DNA from: Anaeromyxobacter sp.
GTDB lineage: Bacteria > Myxococcota > Myxococcia > Myxococcales > Anaeromyxobacteraceae
Direction: 5' to 3'
Length of the DNA: 64,000 nucleotides
Assembly: GCA_049840735.1 (NCBI GenBank)
Contig: JASGJN010000013.1
Span: 704,001 to 768,000 of the forward strand
The translations under genes were made by a program, and so were the position numbers. Positions 34,749-45,554 of the stretch are shown piece after piece; position 1 is the stretch's first letter, and every line of letters starts with the position of its first letter. The notes beneath the pieces are model-generated. The model saw only the letters and a program-made list of their open reading frames with translations, had not been told where the DNA came from and searched no databases.

Positions 34749-34933
34749 GATGGCGCCGTACTCGTTCCTGCGGCTTGAGACTGAGGCCGGGCAGATGTGG
34801 GTCGCCGTGCCGATGGCCGAGGTGCCGAACAAAGGTGGTGGTAAAGAACGGCGCCGTGCTCAAGAACTTGGAGTCGAAGCAGGCAGGGAGGCGCTTCGAC
34901 GCGGTGGTGTTCGGGGTCTTGGAGAAGGGGTAG
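34749..34933 (+). pseudogene. Decayed small OB-fold-like (NrfJ-like) gene, copy 2 (3' portion)
   Basis: APYSFLRLETEAGQMWVAVPMAEVP...VVVKNGAVLKNLESKQAGRRFDAVVFGVLEKG*; homologous to 30800-30912. Confidence 0.55.
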
Positions 34934-35057
34934 GAGGTCCTGCATGTCCCAGTCGCTCTCGGAACTCGCCCTCGACTCGAACTGCCTCTCGTACGCGTGA
35001 GCCGGGGTTCCCTCGAAGGGAGAGCCGCGTCGCACGCAGCGCCGGGCGCGGGCGGCG

Positions 35058-36239
35058 CTAATGGCGGCGGCTCGCGCTCGCAGCAGCGCCGCTCGTCACG
35101 ACACCGGCCCGCGCGCCACGACCGCCGTCCGCATCGGACCTTCCCGTCGCGGCGCCCGCGCCCGCAGCCGGCGCATCCCCACCGGCCCCCCTCACTCGCA
35201 CGCTGGCGCTGCCAGCGGCGGTCGCCGCAGTCGCCCCAGCCGCCCCGTCGGCCCCATCCGCCCCGCTGCCCCCGCCCACCGCCCCTCCTGCAGCAGCCAC
35301 CCCGCCCCCCGCCCGCCGCCGCATCCGCGGCAGCTGCAGCAGGATCTCCGCCGTGCGGCGCGGGCACTCCAGCTGCGGGCAGTGGCCGCAGTCGGGCACG
35401 GGCTCGTAGCGGACGCGCGGGAGCTGCTCCAGGAAGAAGTCGCGGCAGCCCTCGGGGATGAGCCGGTCGTTCTCTCCCCAGATCAGCACCGACGGGCAGG
35501 CCAGGCCGGCGGCCTCCTCGGCGGTCACGAAGTCCTCGGCCTGCAGCGAGCTCACCAGCTGCAGCACCGACGGCGCGCGCAGCAGCCGGCGGATGTCGCG
35601 CCCCAAGAGCCGGGTCGCGAGCGGCGGCCGGTGGAAGAGCCGCGCCACCAGCTCCGCCACGGCGGCGCGGTGGTCGGCGGTCAGCGCCTGCCCGAAGTCG
35701 GCCCAGTCCTCGGCGTGCAGCGCCGGGCCGCCGGGGTTGAGCAGCGCCAGGCCGCGCACCAGGTCCGGCCGACGCGCGGCCAGCTTGGCCGCCAGCCAGC
35801 CGCCCATGGAGTTGCCGGCCAGGAACGCGCCTTCCGGCGCCACGCGGTCCACCAGCCGCTCGGTCACCTCCAGCAGCTCGGGGAAGGTCAGCCAGGCGCG
35901 CCCCTCGGGCGGACGCGACCAGCCGTTGCCGGGCAGGTCGGGCACGATCACCCGGTAGGTGTGCCTCAGGGCGGGGATCACGGGGAAGAACGACGCGGCG
36001 GTGGCGCCCAGCCCGTGCAGCAGCACCAGCGTGGGGGACGGGCGGCGCCGGCCTGCGCTGGCGGGGCGGATGCGCGCGGGCCGGCCGCGGCGGGCTCCAG
36101 GCGCGGGCCGCTCGGGGCGCGGGGCGAACTCCGCGTACCAGACGCGACAGCCCGAGAGGTCCACCTCGCGGAGGGCCGCTCCATCCCGTCGCCACTGGAA
36201 CGCCAGCAGCCGCGCGAGGAACTCGAGCACAAGGCTCAA
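35058..36239 (-). CDS. Alpha/beta-fold hydrolase with low-complexity tail
   Basis: LLHGLG, DLPGNGWS, GNSMGG nucleophile elbow, WGEND, CGHCPQLE. Confidence 0.88.
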   Translation of the reverse strand: MSLVLEFLARLLAFQWRRDGAALREVDLSGCRVWYAEFAPRPERPAPGARRGRPARIRPASAGRRRPSPTLVLLHGLGATAASFFPVIPALRHTYRVIVPDLPGNGWSRPPEGRAWLTFPELLEVTERLVDRVAPEGAFLAGNSMGGWLAAKLAARRPDLVRGLALLNPGGPALHAEDWADFGQALTADHRAAVAELVARLFHRPPLATRLLGRDIRRLLRAPSVLQLVSSLQAEDFVTAEEAAGLACPSVLIWGENDRLIPEGCRDFFLEQLPRVRYEPVPDCGHCPQLECPRRTAEILLQLPRMRRRAGGGVAAAGGAVGGGSGADGADGAAGATAATAAGSASVRVRGAGGDAPAAGAGAATGRSDADGGRGARAGVVTSGAAASASRRH

Positions 36240-36360
36240 GGTTGAAGCGGATGACGCGATCCGCCAGGGCCCTCCCGCGCAGCCCCGGACGGTGGCCTCC
36301 GCCGGGCGGATGCCAGCCTGGGCGCCCCCGGGGGCAGGGCGGCGTCGCGACGGCCGCCGT

Positions 36361-36457
36361 CGCGGTTCGACGAGCTCACCGCGAACGGTGAGCTGGGCCT
36401 CACCGCGAACGGAGCGCCCCTCACCGCGAACGGAGCGCCACGCCTCGCCGCCAACGG
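36361..36457 (-). repeat. REP-like element copy 2 plus three tandem partial copies
   Basis: Reverse complement CCGTTCGCGGTGAGCTCGTCGAACCGCG at 36361-36388; CTCACCGCGAACGG again at 36399 and 36420, degenerate at 36444. Confidence 0.7.
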
Positions 36458-36467
36458 AGGCGCCCCG

Positions 36468-38946
36468 CTACACCTTGAACCGGTGCACCCGCTCGGAGAG
36501 CGCCCGCGCCCGCAGCCCCATCTGATTGGCCACGCCGGCCAGCCCATCCACGGCGCTCTCGTGCGCGCCGGCGGTGTCGGAGAGGTTCTGCAGCGCCTCG
36601 CGCACCCGCCGCGTGGCGGCGTTGTGGCTCTCCACGGCGCGGGTGATCTCGCTGATCATCTTCTCCAGCCGCGAGAGGTTCTCGAGCTGGCGGCGCCCCA
36701 GGCCGGACTGCTCCTCCAGCGCGCGGGCCACGCGGTCGGCGATGCCGGTCACGCCGCGCGACACCGAGTGGACGGCGGTCACCGAGCGGCCCACCAGCTG
36801 GACCGCGGCGGCGACGGCGCGCGAGCCCTCGGCCACCGACTCGACCAGCGCCGAGACCTCGCGGGAGGACTGCGCGTGCGCCTCGACGGCGGCGCGGATG
36901 GCGGCGGCGGTCTGGCGGCCGTGCGCGGTGGAGCGGCGGATCTCGCCCAGCGCCTGCAGCGAGTTGCGCGCCAGCTGCACGCCCTTGGTGGAGAGCGCGT
37001 CGCCGCGGTCGATGAGGGCGGCGGTGCCCTCCACGTCCTCGCGGACGGCGTGGATGATGTCGCCGATGGACTTTGTGGAGCGGGCGATCTGCGAGGCCAG
37101 GTCGCGGATTCTGGTCGGCCACCACGGCGAAGGCCTTGCCGTGCTCGCCGGCCTGCGAGGCGATGATGGAGGCGTTGAGCGAGAGCAGGTTGGTGCGGCC
37201 CGCCACCTCGGAGATGAAGTCGACCACCTGGTCGATGTCGTCGGAGCGGCGGCCCAGCGCGGCGATGCGGGTGTGGGCATCGCCGACGGCCGTGCGCAGC
37301 GCCTCGATCCCGTGCACCGTCTCCTCCATCACCAGCCCGGCCCGGTCGGACAGGTCGGCCACGGCGGCGGCGGTGGTCTCGGTCTCGCCGGCGGCGCGCT
37401 CCAGCCCCGACACCGAGGCCTTCACCTCGGCCAGCGAGCCGCCGGCGCGGCCGGCCAGCGACTCGAGGTCGGCCAGCCGCCCCTCGGCCTCCCGCCCGGC
37501 GCCGCCCAGCGTCTCCACCTCGCCCAGCGCCGCGGCCATGGCGCGCTCCATCTCGGCGCCCTTGCGCTGCACCTCGTCGAAGGCCTCGGCCATCTCGCCC
37601 ACGGCGCGGCTGGTGGCGGCCACGTACTCGGAGAGCCCGCCCAGCCCCTTGGAGACCTGCCCCACCGAGCCGTCCATGGCCTCGACCGCGGCCTGCACCG
37701 AGCGGACGCCGGCGTGCTGGTCGAGCGCGCCGCGCTTCACCTGCTCGCCGATGGCGCCCGCCTCGCGGGCCCCAACCGAGACGCCCTCGCTGGCCGACTG
37801 GACGTCGCGCACCAGCCCCTGGAGGCCGTGCGCCATGCGGCGGAAGTCGGAGGCCAGCCGGCCGATCTCGTCGCGCGAGAGCGTGGGCGGCGCCACCGTC
37901 AGGTCGCCGGCGGCGATGAGCCCCGCGGCGCGGTTGAGCGGGCGGAAGGGCAGCGTGATGGCCCGGGCGGCGAACCAGACCAGCAGCGCGGTGGTGGCGT
38001 AGACCATCAGCGCCAGCCAGCCCAGCTGCTTCCAGAAGGTGGGGCGCCGGTCGGAGAGCGGCCCCTCCGACAGCAGCACGCGCGCGAGCAGCCCCTCCGG
38101 CGTGAGCCGGGTGATGAGCCAGCCGTTCGCCACGCGCACCGTCCCCGGCTCGGCGGCCCCGGAGGCGGCCAGGTACATGGCGGAGACGCCGGAGCGGGCC
38201 ACCACCGCGCCGTTCTCGTTCAGGAGCACCGCAGGTGAGTAGCTGGCGCGCGACAGGACCATCACGCGCTCCTCCGGCGTCTTGGCCGGCGCGAGCAGCG
38301 CGCCCTCCACGGCCCGCTCGGCGGTGAAGGTGTACATGCGCTCCACGTCGGCGCGGTAGCGCACGTAGCTCGGCGCCGAGCAGAGCAGCAGCACCACCGT
38401 GGCGATGCCGAAGCCCAGCGCCAGGATCTTCTCGCGGACCGTGCCGCGGACCACCACCTCCACGCGCTCCGCCAGCGGCACCACCACCTGCGTCATGGTG
38501 GCGGAGCAGAACGCGTACGCCAGGAGCCCCTGCAGCAGCGCCGCCGCGAGCCCCACCGCGCCGCCGGCCAGCGCGGTGTCGAGGCCGAGCTCGGCGTAGG
38601 TCACGAGGGCCGCGCCGGTCGCCAGCACCACCACCAGCCCGCTCACGAAGAGGAGCAGCGCCACCCGCAGCGCCAGCGCGTGACAGCCCACCGCCGCGAG
38701 GCGCGCGGTCCGCTCGTCGATGCCCTCGAGGTCGTCCAGCGCCGCCTCGATGGGCCGCAGCAGCGCCCAGCACGCCACCGCGGCCAGGCCGAGCTGGGCG
38801 AGGAAGCCGAGCACCGCCGCGGTCCGCAGCACGTTCATCTGCTCCGGGCGCAGATTGAACGAGCTCTCGACGGCGAAGACCGCGATGGCGAGCGCCAGCC
38901 CCACTGGGAAGGCGGTGTTCCGGAGGAGCGCGAGGAAGAGCCGCAT
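36468..38946 (-). CDS. Methyl-accepting chemotaxis protein (multi-TM, HAMP); frameshift at ~37109
   Basis: HAMP RDEIGRLASDF; signalling hairpin RTNLLSLNASIIASQAGEHGKAFAVVADQ|IRDLA. Confidence 0.88.
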
Positions 38947-39135
38947 CGTGCTCCGCAGTGTAGCGCGGCGGGGGCCTCCCACGGGGCCTCCGGGTGGCGA
39001 TACATGCGTTGTCACGCAAGGCCGCGTTCTCATGGGCGAAATCGATCCGGCGAGGTGCCGGGCACCACGAAAACCCCCCATTGATCGATGGGTTCGCTTG
39101 AACCGGCCCATGGGGTCATGATATCGGCTTCGCCT

Positions 39136-42100
39136 ATGCGCATCCGGCGGCTCGACATCGTCGGCTTCAAGTCGTTCATGGACAGGGTGGTCGTCGCCTT
39201 CGACGAGGGCGTGACCGGCGTCGTGGGCCCCAACGGCTGCGGCAAGTCCAACGTGGCCGACGCCATCCGCTGGGTGCTGGGCGAGCAGTCGGCCCGCCAC
39301 CTCCGTGGCCGCTCCATGGAGGACGTGATCTTCAACGGCTCGGAGTCGAAGCCGCCGCTCTCCATGGCGGAGGTGATGCTGACCTTCGAGAACGACCGGC
39401 CCAGCGAGCTGCCGCCGGCGTTCCAGGGCTTCGGCGAGATCACCGTCGGCCGCCGGCTCTACCGCTCCGGCGAGTCCGAGTACCTCGTCAACGGCGTCCA
39501 GGCCCGCCTGCTGGACGTGAACGACATCTTCTTCGGCTCCGGCGTCGGCCGCACCGCCTACTCGATCATCGAGCAGGGCCGCATCGGCCAGATCGTCTCC
39601 GCCCGCCCCGAGGACCGGCGCGCCATCATCGAGGAGGCCGCCGGCATCACGAAGTACAAGAAGCGCCGCGAGGCGGCCGAGCGGAAGATGGAGGCCACGC
39701 AGCAGAACCTGATGCGCGTGGCGGACATCGTCCAGGAGCTGGGCAAGCAGCTCGAGTCGCTCAACCGCCAGGCCCGCAAGGCCGAGAAGTACAAGGCGCT
39801 GCGCGCGCAGATCAAGGAGCTGGAGCTCCGCTCCGCCGCCGCCCGCTACCTGGAGCTGACCGCCACCCGCCGCGCCGCCGAGGAGCGGCAGGCCACGCTC
39901 CGCACCGAGGAGGCCGAGCTCTCGGCCCGCCTGGTGGAGCTGGACGGCATGCTGGAGTCCGACCGCGCCCGCACCGGCGAGAGCGAGGCGCTGCTGGCCG
40001 ACCTCTCCGCCCGCGAGCACGCGCTGGAGAGCACCGCCCGCGTCTCGGAGGTCTCGCTGGAGGCCGCCGGCCGCGAGCTGGAGCAGATCGCCGAGCGGAC
40101 CCGGGCGCAGGCCGCCGAGGTCGAGGCGCTCAAGGACCAGGCCGAGGCGCTGGCCTCCGAGCGCGAGGCGCTGCTCCGCCAGCGCGACGACCTCGAGTCG
40201 CTGGTCTCCTCCGACGAGGGGCGGCTGGGCGAGGCCGAGGTCTCGCTGCGCGAGGCCGGCCGCGAGCAGGGCGCGCTGCAGGGCGAGGCCGACCGGGCCC
40301 GCGCGACCGCCTCGGCGGCCCTCTCCGAGGCCACCTCCCACCGCAGCCAGCTGGCGCAGATCGAGCGGCAGCGGCTGGACGTGCGCGGCCGCCTGGAGAA
40401 GAACCGCGCCGAGGCCGACGGCCTGGCGGCGCGCCTCTCCGAGCTGGACGGCGCCCGCTCCGCCTACGTGGAGAAGCTGGGCCAGACCCGGCAGCTCAAG
40501 CTCCGCCTGGACGAGCAGCGCGGCGCGCAGGAGGAGCTGCTGGAGCGCACCCGCGCCGAGTTCATCCAGAACGAGGCCAAGCTCATCACCCTGCGCGAGG
40601 AGCTGGCCGAGAAGCGCTCCCGCCTGCAGAGCCTCCTCGAGATCGTCCGCAACTACGAGGGCTACGGCCGCGGCGTGCGCAGCCTGATGACCCGCGCCGG
40701 CGAGGCCGAGGGGCGCGACCGCGGCGTCTTCGGCCTGGTGGCGGACGTGATCTCCGCGCCGGCCGAGTACGAGAACGCGGTCGAGGCCGTGCTGGGCGAG
40801 CGGCTGCAGTACGTCATCGTCGAGAGCCACTCGCAGGGCGTCGAGGCCATCGACTACCTCAAGACCGCCGCCGAGGGGCGCGCCTCGCTCATCCCCATGG
40901 CCCGCCTGCGCGACGCGCAGGGCGCCGCGGCCGAGCTGGACCGCAGCCACCCCGGCGTGGTGGCGGCCTGCCTGGACGTGGTCCGCTTCGAGCCCTCCTA
41001 CGAGAAGGTGGCCCGCTTCCTCCTGGCCGACGCGGTCATCGTCCGCGACCTCCCCTCCGCGCTGGAGATCTGGCAGCAGAGCGAGGTGAAGCGCACGCTG
41101 GTCACGCTGGACGGCGAGGTGCTGGATCCGTACGGCGTGGTCACCGGCGGCCCGCTGGAGGGCGAGGGGCACGGCGCGCTGCAGCGCCGCCGCGAGGTGC
41201 AGGAGCTGGAGGAGACGGTCCGCGCCTTCGAGGCCGAGTTCTCGCTGGCCACCGAGCGCCACCGCACCCTGCAGGCCCGCCTGCTCCAGCTGGAGGCGGC
41301 GCTCAAGAGCCTGGACAAGGACGGCCGCGAGAAGGAGCTGGCCCTCCTCGACCAGGAGAAGGACCTGGCCCGCGTGGGCGAGGAGCTGGAGCGGGTGGGC
41401 ACCCGCACCGCGCAGCTGGACGTGGAGCGCGGCACGCTGGAGGAGTCGCTGGCCGGCCTCTCCCGCGAGGAGGAGGAGCACCGCCTGGCCGCCGCCACCG
41501 CCGAGGCGGAGCAGTCCCGCGCCGAGGAGCGGGCCCGCGAGGCCGTCTCCCGGCTGGAGGGCTGGCGCGCCCGCGGCGACGTGCTCACCGCCGAGCTGAT
41601 GAACCTGAAGGTGAAGGTGGCCGCCGACGCCGAGCGCCGCGAGGGCATCGGGTCGGCGCTCAGGCGCGTCGAGGACGCCCGCCGCGAGGTGGACGAGCGC
41701 CGCGGCCGGATCTTCGCCGCGCTGTCCGAGGCCAACGCCCGCGCCGCCGAGCTGAAGGGCCGGCTGGAGGGGACGCGGGTGGACCTGGGGCGCGTCTCGG
41801 CCGACCTGGCCGAGGTCCGCGAGCAGCTGGCGAAGGCCCGGACCGAGCACGAGGGGCTGGCCATCGGCGCCCGCTCCCGCGACGCCGAGGCCCGCGACCT
41901 GCGCGCCCGCAGCGAGGGGCTGCGCCAGTCCATCTCCGAGGCGGCCCTCACCGGCCGCGAGCAGGCCCTGGAGCTGGCCCACCTCGAGGAGCAGGTGCGC
42001 GAGCGCTGCCAGGCCGAGCTGAAGTGGGAGGTGGCCCGCTTCCACCTGGAGCGGCCGCCGGGCGAGGAGGAGCGCGAGAAGCTCGAGGAGCTGAAGGCCC

Positions 42101-42732
42101 AGGCCGACCGGATGGGCGCCATCAACCTCACCGCCATCGAGGAGTACGACGAGCTGGCCCGCCGCCACGCCTTCATGAGCGAGCAGAAGGGCGACCTGGA
42201 GCGGTCCATGGCCGACCTCAAGTCCGCCATCGTGAAGATCAACCGGGCCTCGCGCGAGCGGTTCCAGGAGACCTTCGACCGCGTGAACGAGAAGTTCCAG
42301 GCGGTCTTCCCGCGCCTCTTCGCCGGCGGCCGGGCCGGCCTGGTGCTCACCACGCCGGAGGGCGACGGCGAGCACGGCGTGGAGATCTTCGCGCAGCCCC
42401 CGGGCAAGAAGCTGCAGAGCGTGAACCTGCTCTCCGGCGGCGAGAAGGCGCTCACCGCGGTGTCGCTGATCTTCGCCATCTTCCTCATCAAGCCGACGCC
42501 GTTCTGCCTGCTCGACGAGGTCGACGCCCCGCTCGACGAGGCCAACGTCGGCCGCTACAACGAGATGGTGAAGGAGATGTCCCGCAACTCGCAGTTCATC
42601 CTCATCACGCACAACAAGCGGACGATGGAGATGGTGGACACGCTCTACGGCGTGACCATGGAGGAGCCGGGCGTGTCCAAGCTGGTCTCCGTGCGCCTGT
42701 CGCAGCGGGCCCGCGAGGTGGCCGCGGCGTAG
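39136..42732 (+). CDS. smc: Chromosome segregation protein SMC
   Basis: GFKSF, GPNGCGKSN, hinge, LSGGEKALT, LLDEVDAPLD. Confidence 0.98.
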   Translation: MRIRRLDIVGFKSFMDRVVVAFDEGVTGVVGPNGCGKSNVADAIRWVLGEQSARHLRGRSMEDVIFNGSESKPPLSMAEVMLTFENDRPSELPPAFQGFGEITVGRRLYRSGESEYLVNGVQARLLDVNDIFFGSGVGRTAYSIIEQGRIGQIVSARPEDRRAIIEEAAGITKYKKRREAAERKMEATQQNLMRVADIVQELGKQLESLNRQARKAEKYKALRAQIKELELRSAAARYLELTATRRAAEERQATLRTEEAELSARLVELDGMLESDRARTGESEALLADLSAREHALESTARVSEVSLEAAGRELEQIAERTRAQAAEVEALKDQAEALASEREALLRQRDDLESLVSSDEGRLGEAEVSLREAGREQGALQGEADRARATASAALSEATSHRSQLAQIERQRLDVRGRLEKNRAEADGLAARLSELDGARSAYVEKLGQTRQLKLRLDEQRGAQEELLERTRAEFIQNEAKLITLREELAEKRSRLQSLLEIVRNYEGYGRGVRSLMTRAGEAEGRDRGVFGLVADVISAPAEYENAVEAVLGERLQYVIVESHSQGVEAIDYLKTAAEGRASLIPMARLRDAQGAAAELDRSHPGVVAACLDVVRFEPSYEKVARFLLADAVIVRDLPSALEIWQQSEVKRTLVTLDGEVLDPYGVVTGGPLEGEGHGALQRRREVQELEETVRAFEAEFSLATERHRTLQARLLQLEAALKSLDKDGREKELALLDQEKDLARVGEELERVGTRTAQLDVERGTLEESLAGLSREEEEHRLAAATAEAEQSRAEERAREAVSRLEGWRARGDVLTAELMNLKVKVAADAERREGIGSALRRVEDARREVDERRGRIFAALSEANARAAELKGRLEGTRVDLGRVSADLAEVREQLAKARTEHEGLAIGARSRDAEARDLRARSEGLRQSISEAALTGREQALELAHLEEQVRERCQAELKWEVARFHLERPPGEEEREKLEELKAQADRMGAINLTAIEEYDELARRHAFMSEQKGDLERSMADLKSAIVKINRASRERFQETFDRVNEKFQAVFPRLFAGGRAGLVLTTPEGDGEHGVEIFAQPPGKKLQSVNLLSGGEKALTAVSLIFAIFLIKPTPFCLLDEVDAPLDEANVGRYNEMVKEMSRNSQFILITHNKRTMEMVDTLYGVTMEEPGVSKLVSVRLSQRAREVAAA

Positions 42733-42760
42733 CCGGGGGAGGTCCCGGCGACCTCCGTCG

Positions 42761-42790
42761 TTGACAGGCCGGTCCGGGGCCTCCTATATG
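42761..42790 (+). promoter_or_regulatory. Possible sigma70 promoter for ftsY
   Basis: TTGACA, 18-bp spacer, TATATG. Confidence 0.4.
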
Positions 42791-42827
42791 CTCGGGCTCC
42801 CACGCCTTTTCCCCACCCGGAGCCCGC

Positions 42828-44201
42828 GTGAACCCGCTCGCCCAGCCCGCGAACGACCTCGTCCTGTACGGCGCGGTGGCCGCGGCCCTGCTGCTCGCCA
42901 TCGTCCTCGTGGCGGTGCTGCTGCGCCGCCGCCGCCGCCCGCCCCCGCAGCTGCCCGAGGCGCGTCCCCCGCCCGCCATGACCACGCCGCAGGCCGGCGC
43001 GGCGGGCGCGCCCGAGCCGGTGGAGCGCAGGCGGCGCAAGGAGCCCCGCCCGCCCCCGGCCGCGCCGCTCACGGCGGAGGAGCGCGCCGCCGACGAGGCC
43101 CGCAAGAAGGAGGCCTACCGCGCGCAGAAGGGGGCCGAGCGGCTCGAGCGCGAGCGGAAGGCGGCGGAGCGCGCCGAGGCCGAGGCCCGCGCCCGCGCCG
43201 AGGCCGAGCAGGCGGCGCGCGAGGCCGAGGAGGCCCGCCGGCGGGCCCAGGAGGGGGAGCGGCGCAAGGCGGAGGCCGAGGCCGGCCGGACGCTGGCGGC
43301 GGGGCTGGAGAAGACCCGCGGCGGCTTCATGGCCCGGCTCAACGCGCTCTTCGCCGGCGGCAAGCTGGTGGACGACGCGGTCCTGGCCGACCTGGAGGAG
43401 GTGCTCTTCACCGCCGACATCGGCGTCCGCACCGCCACCCGGCTGCTGGAGACGGCCCGCGAGAAGGTGCGCCGCAAGGAGCTCTCCGACCCGGAGAAGC
43501 TCAAGGGCGCGCTGCGCGAGGAGATCGCCCGCATCCTGGCGCTGGACGGCGCCGAGGGCGCCGCCGCGCCGCTGCAGGTGGGCGCGGACCGGCCCTGGGT
43601 GGTGATGGTGGTGGGCGTGAACGGCTCGGGCAAGACCACCACCGTGGGCAAGCTGGCCGCCAAGCTCCAGGGCGCCGGCCACAAGGTCCTGCTGGGCGCG
43701 GGCGACACCTTCCGCGCCGCCGCCGGCGAGCAGCTGGAGGTCTGGGCCGGGCGCGTGAACGCGCCCATCGTGCGCGGCAAGGAGGGCGGCGATCCGGCCG
43801 CGGTCTGCTTCGAGGCGGTGCAGCGCGGAGCGCAGGAGGGCCTGGACGTGGTGCTGTGCGACACCGCCGGCCGCCTCCACACCAAGACGCCGCTCATGGA
43901 GGAGCTGAAGAAGGTGAAGCGGGTCATCTCCAAGGCCGCCGCCGGCGCGCCGCACGAGGTCCTGCTGGTGCTCGACGCCACCAACGGCCAGAACGCCATC
44001 GCCCAGGCCCGGCAGTTCCACGAGGCGCTGGGGGTGACCGGCATCGCGCTCACCAAGCTGGACGGCACCGCCAAGGGCGGCGTCATCATCGGCATCTGCG
44101 ACGAGCTCCGGATCCCGGTCCGCTACGTGGGCGTGGGCGAGACCGTGGCCGACCTCAAGCCCTTCGAGCCGCGGGAGTTCGTGCAGGCGCTGTTCGATTA
44201 G
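42828..44201 (+). CDS. ftsY: SRP receptor FtsY with N-terminal TM anchor
   Basis: GVNGSGKTTT, DTFRAAA, DTAGRLH, TKLDGTAKGG. Confidence 0.97.
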   Translation: MNPLAQPANDLVLYGAVAAALLLAIVLVAVLLRRRRRPPPQLPEARPPPAMTTPQAGAAGAPEPVERRRRKEPRPPPAAPLTAEERAADEARKKEAYRAQKGAERLERERKAAERAEAEARARAEAEQAAREAEEARRRAQEGERRKAEAEAGRTLAAGLEKTRGGFMARLNALFAGGKLVDDAVLADLEEVLFTADIGVRTATRLLETAREKVRRKELSDPEKLKGALREEIARILALDGAEGAAAPLQVGADRPWVVMVVGVNGSGKTTTVGKLAAKLQGAGHKVLLGAGDTFRAAAGEQLEVWAGRVNAPIVRGKEGGDPAAVCFEAVQRGAQEGLDVVLCDTAGRLHTKTPLMEELKKVKRVISKAAAGAPHEVLLVLDATNGQNAIAQARQFHEALGVTGIALTKLDGTAKGGVIIGICDELRIPVRYVGVGETVADLKPFEPREFVQALFD

Positions 44202-44211
44202 CACCACCGCC

Positions 44212-44910
44212 ATGCCCGCCCCGCGCGTCATCCTCCTCGACATCGACGGCACGCTGCTCCACTGCGGCGGCGCCGGGCGCCGCTCGCTGGAGCTGGCCTT
44301 GGCCGACCGCTGCGGGCCGCTGGACGGCCGGCTGGCCTCGCTCCGGCTCGACGGGATGACCGACCGGCTCATCGTCCGCGAGGCGCTGGCGCTCCTCGCC
44401 CACCCCTTCACCGAGACCGCCTGCGACGAGGTCCTGGCCGCCTACCTGGTCCACCTCCGGCGCGAGATCCACGGGCCGGGCTACCGGGTCCTGCCCGGCG
44501 TGGAGCCGCTGCTGGGGCGCCTGGCCGAGGCCGGCACGGCCCACGGCCTCTGCACCGGCAACATCGCCGACGGCGCGCTGCTCAAGCTGGCCCGGGGCGG
44601 CCTGGACGTGTGGTTCGACTGGGGCGAGCGGGCCATCCGCGGCTTCGCCGACGACGGCGAGGCGCGCGAGCGGCTGGTCGCCGCCGCGGTGGCGCGGGCG
44701 ACCCGGCACCTGCCCGACCTGGCGCCGGCCGAGGTGCTGGTGGTGGGCGACACCCCCCGGGACGTCGCCGCGGCCCACGCCGTGGGCTGCCGGGCCCTGG
44801 GCGTGGCCACCGGCCACTACGACCAGGCGGCGCTGGCGGCGTGCGGGGCCGACGCGGTGGCCGGGTCGCTGGAGGCTCCGGCCGCCCTGGCGGCCATCCT
44901 GGGTGGGTGA
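44212..44910 (+). CDS. HAD-superfamily hydrolase
   Basis: LLDIDGTL, CTGN, VGDTPRD. Confidence 0.9.
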   Translation: MPAPRVILLDIDGTLLHCGGAGRRSLELALADRCGPLDGRLASLRLDGMTDRLIVREALALLAHPFTETACDEVLAAYLVHLRREIHGPGYRVLPGVEPLLGRLAEAGTAHGLCTGNIADGALLKLARGGLDVWFDWGERAIRGFADDGEARERLVAAAVARATRHLPDLAPAEVLVVGDTPRDVAAAHAVGCRALGVATGHYDQAALAACGADAVAGSLEAPAALAAILGG

Positions 44911-45015
44911 CGCGCTCACCGGACTTGAACCGGGCGCAAAGGAGGGCTATGCGTGGCGCAACGCCGCAGCGCTCGCTCGTCCCACCACGCCCAGGCGCGG
45001 CGCCAGGGGTCCTCC

Positions 45016-45534
45016 ATGGAAGCCGTAGAGACCAGCTCCGAGTCCAGCCTGCCGCTCGACGGCCCGCGCCTTCGGGCGGTGCCGGCAACGCGCGAGCTCA
45101 TCCCCCAGCTGCAGGAGTGCCTGGAAGGCGCGGCGGAGTCCTTCGCGCGGACCGAGGGCCACCCGCCGCGGCCGGACGAGGCCGAGGGGCTGGTCTCCGA
45201 GGCCGAGGCGGACGAGCTGCGCCGCGTCTTCGCGCTGGTGCCGTCCGTGGGCGGCCCGGCGGTGGGCGTGCTCGACCTCTACCTGCACCACCCCGAGCCC
45301 GGCGTGGCGCACATCGGCCTCCTGCTCTTCCGCGAGGCCTGCCAGACGCTGGGCTACGGCCGTGAGACGGTGGCCTCGCTGGAGCGCGGGCTGCTCCGCG
45401 CCGGCTTCAACGCGCTCCGCCTCTCGGTCACCGACGACAACCACGCCGCCCGCGCCTTCTGGGACCACCTCGGCTTCGCCGACGTGGGGCGGCTCGACGA
45501 CGGCGTGACGGTGCTGGAGAAGCGGCTCGGCTGA
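45016..45534 (+). CDS. GNAT-family acetyltransferase
   Basis: HIGLLLFREACQTLGYGRE, NHAARAFWDHLGF. Confidence 0.8.
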   Translation: MEAVETSSESSLPLDGPRLRAVPATRELIPQLQECLEGAAESFARTEGHPPRPDEAEGLVSEAEADELRRVFALVPSVGGPAVGVLDLYLHHPEPGVAHIGLLLFREACQTLGYGRETVASLERGLLRAGFNALRLSVTDDNHAARAFWDHLGFADVGRLDDGVTVLEKRLG

Positions 45535-45554
45535 GCCGCCACCCCGGAAGGCGA

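Noticed and set aside
36375..36457. Possible CRISPR array
   Set aside because: Repeats are 14 bp with 7-10 bp gaps and there are no cas genes; better explained as partial REP copies.
36421..42612. 2063-aa minus-strand ORF
   Set aside because: Mostly the antisense shadow of smc running into the real MCP frame; stop-poor shadows are expected at this GC content.
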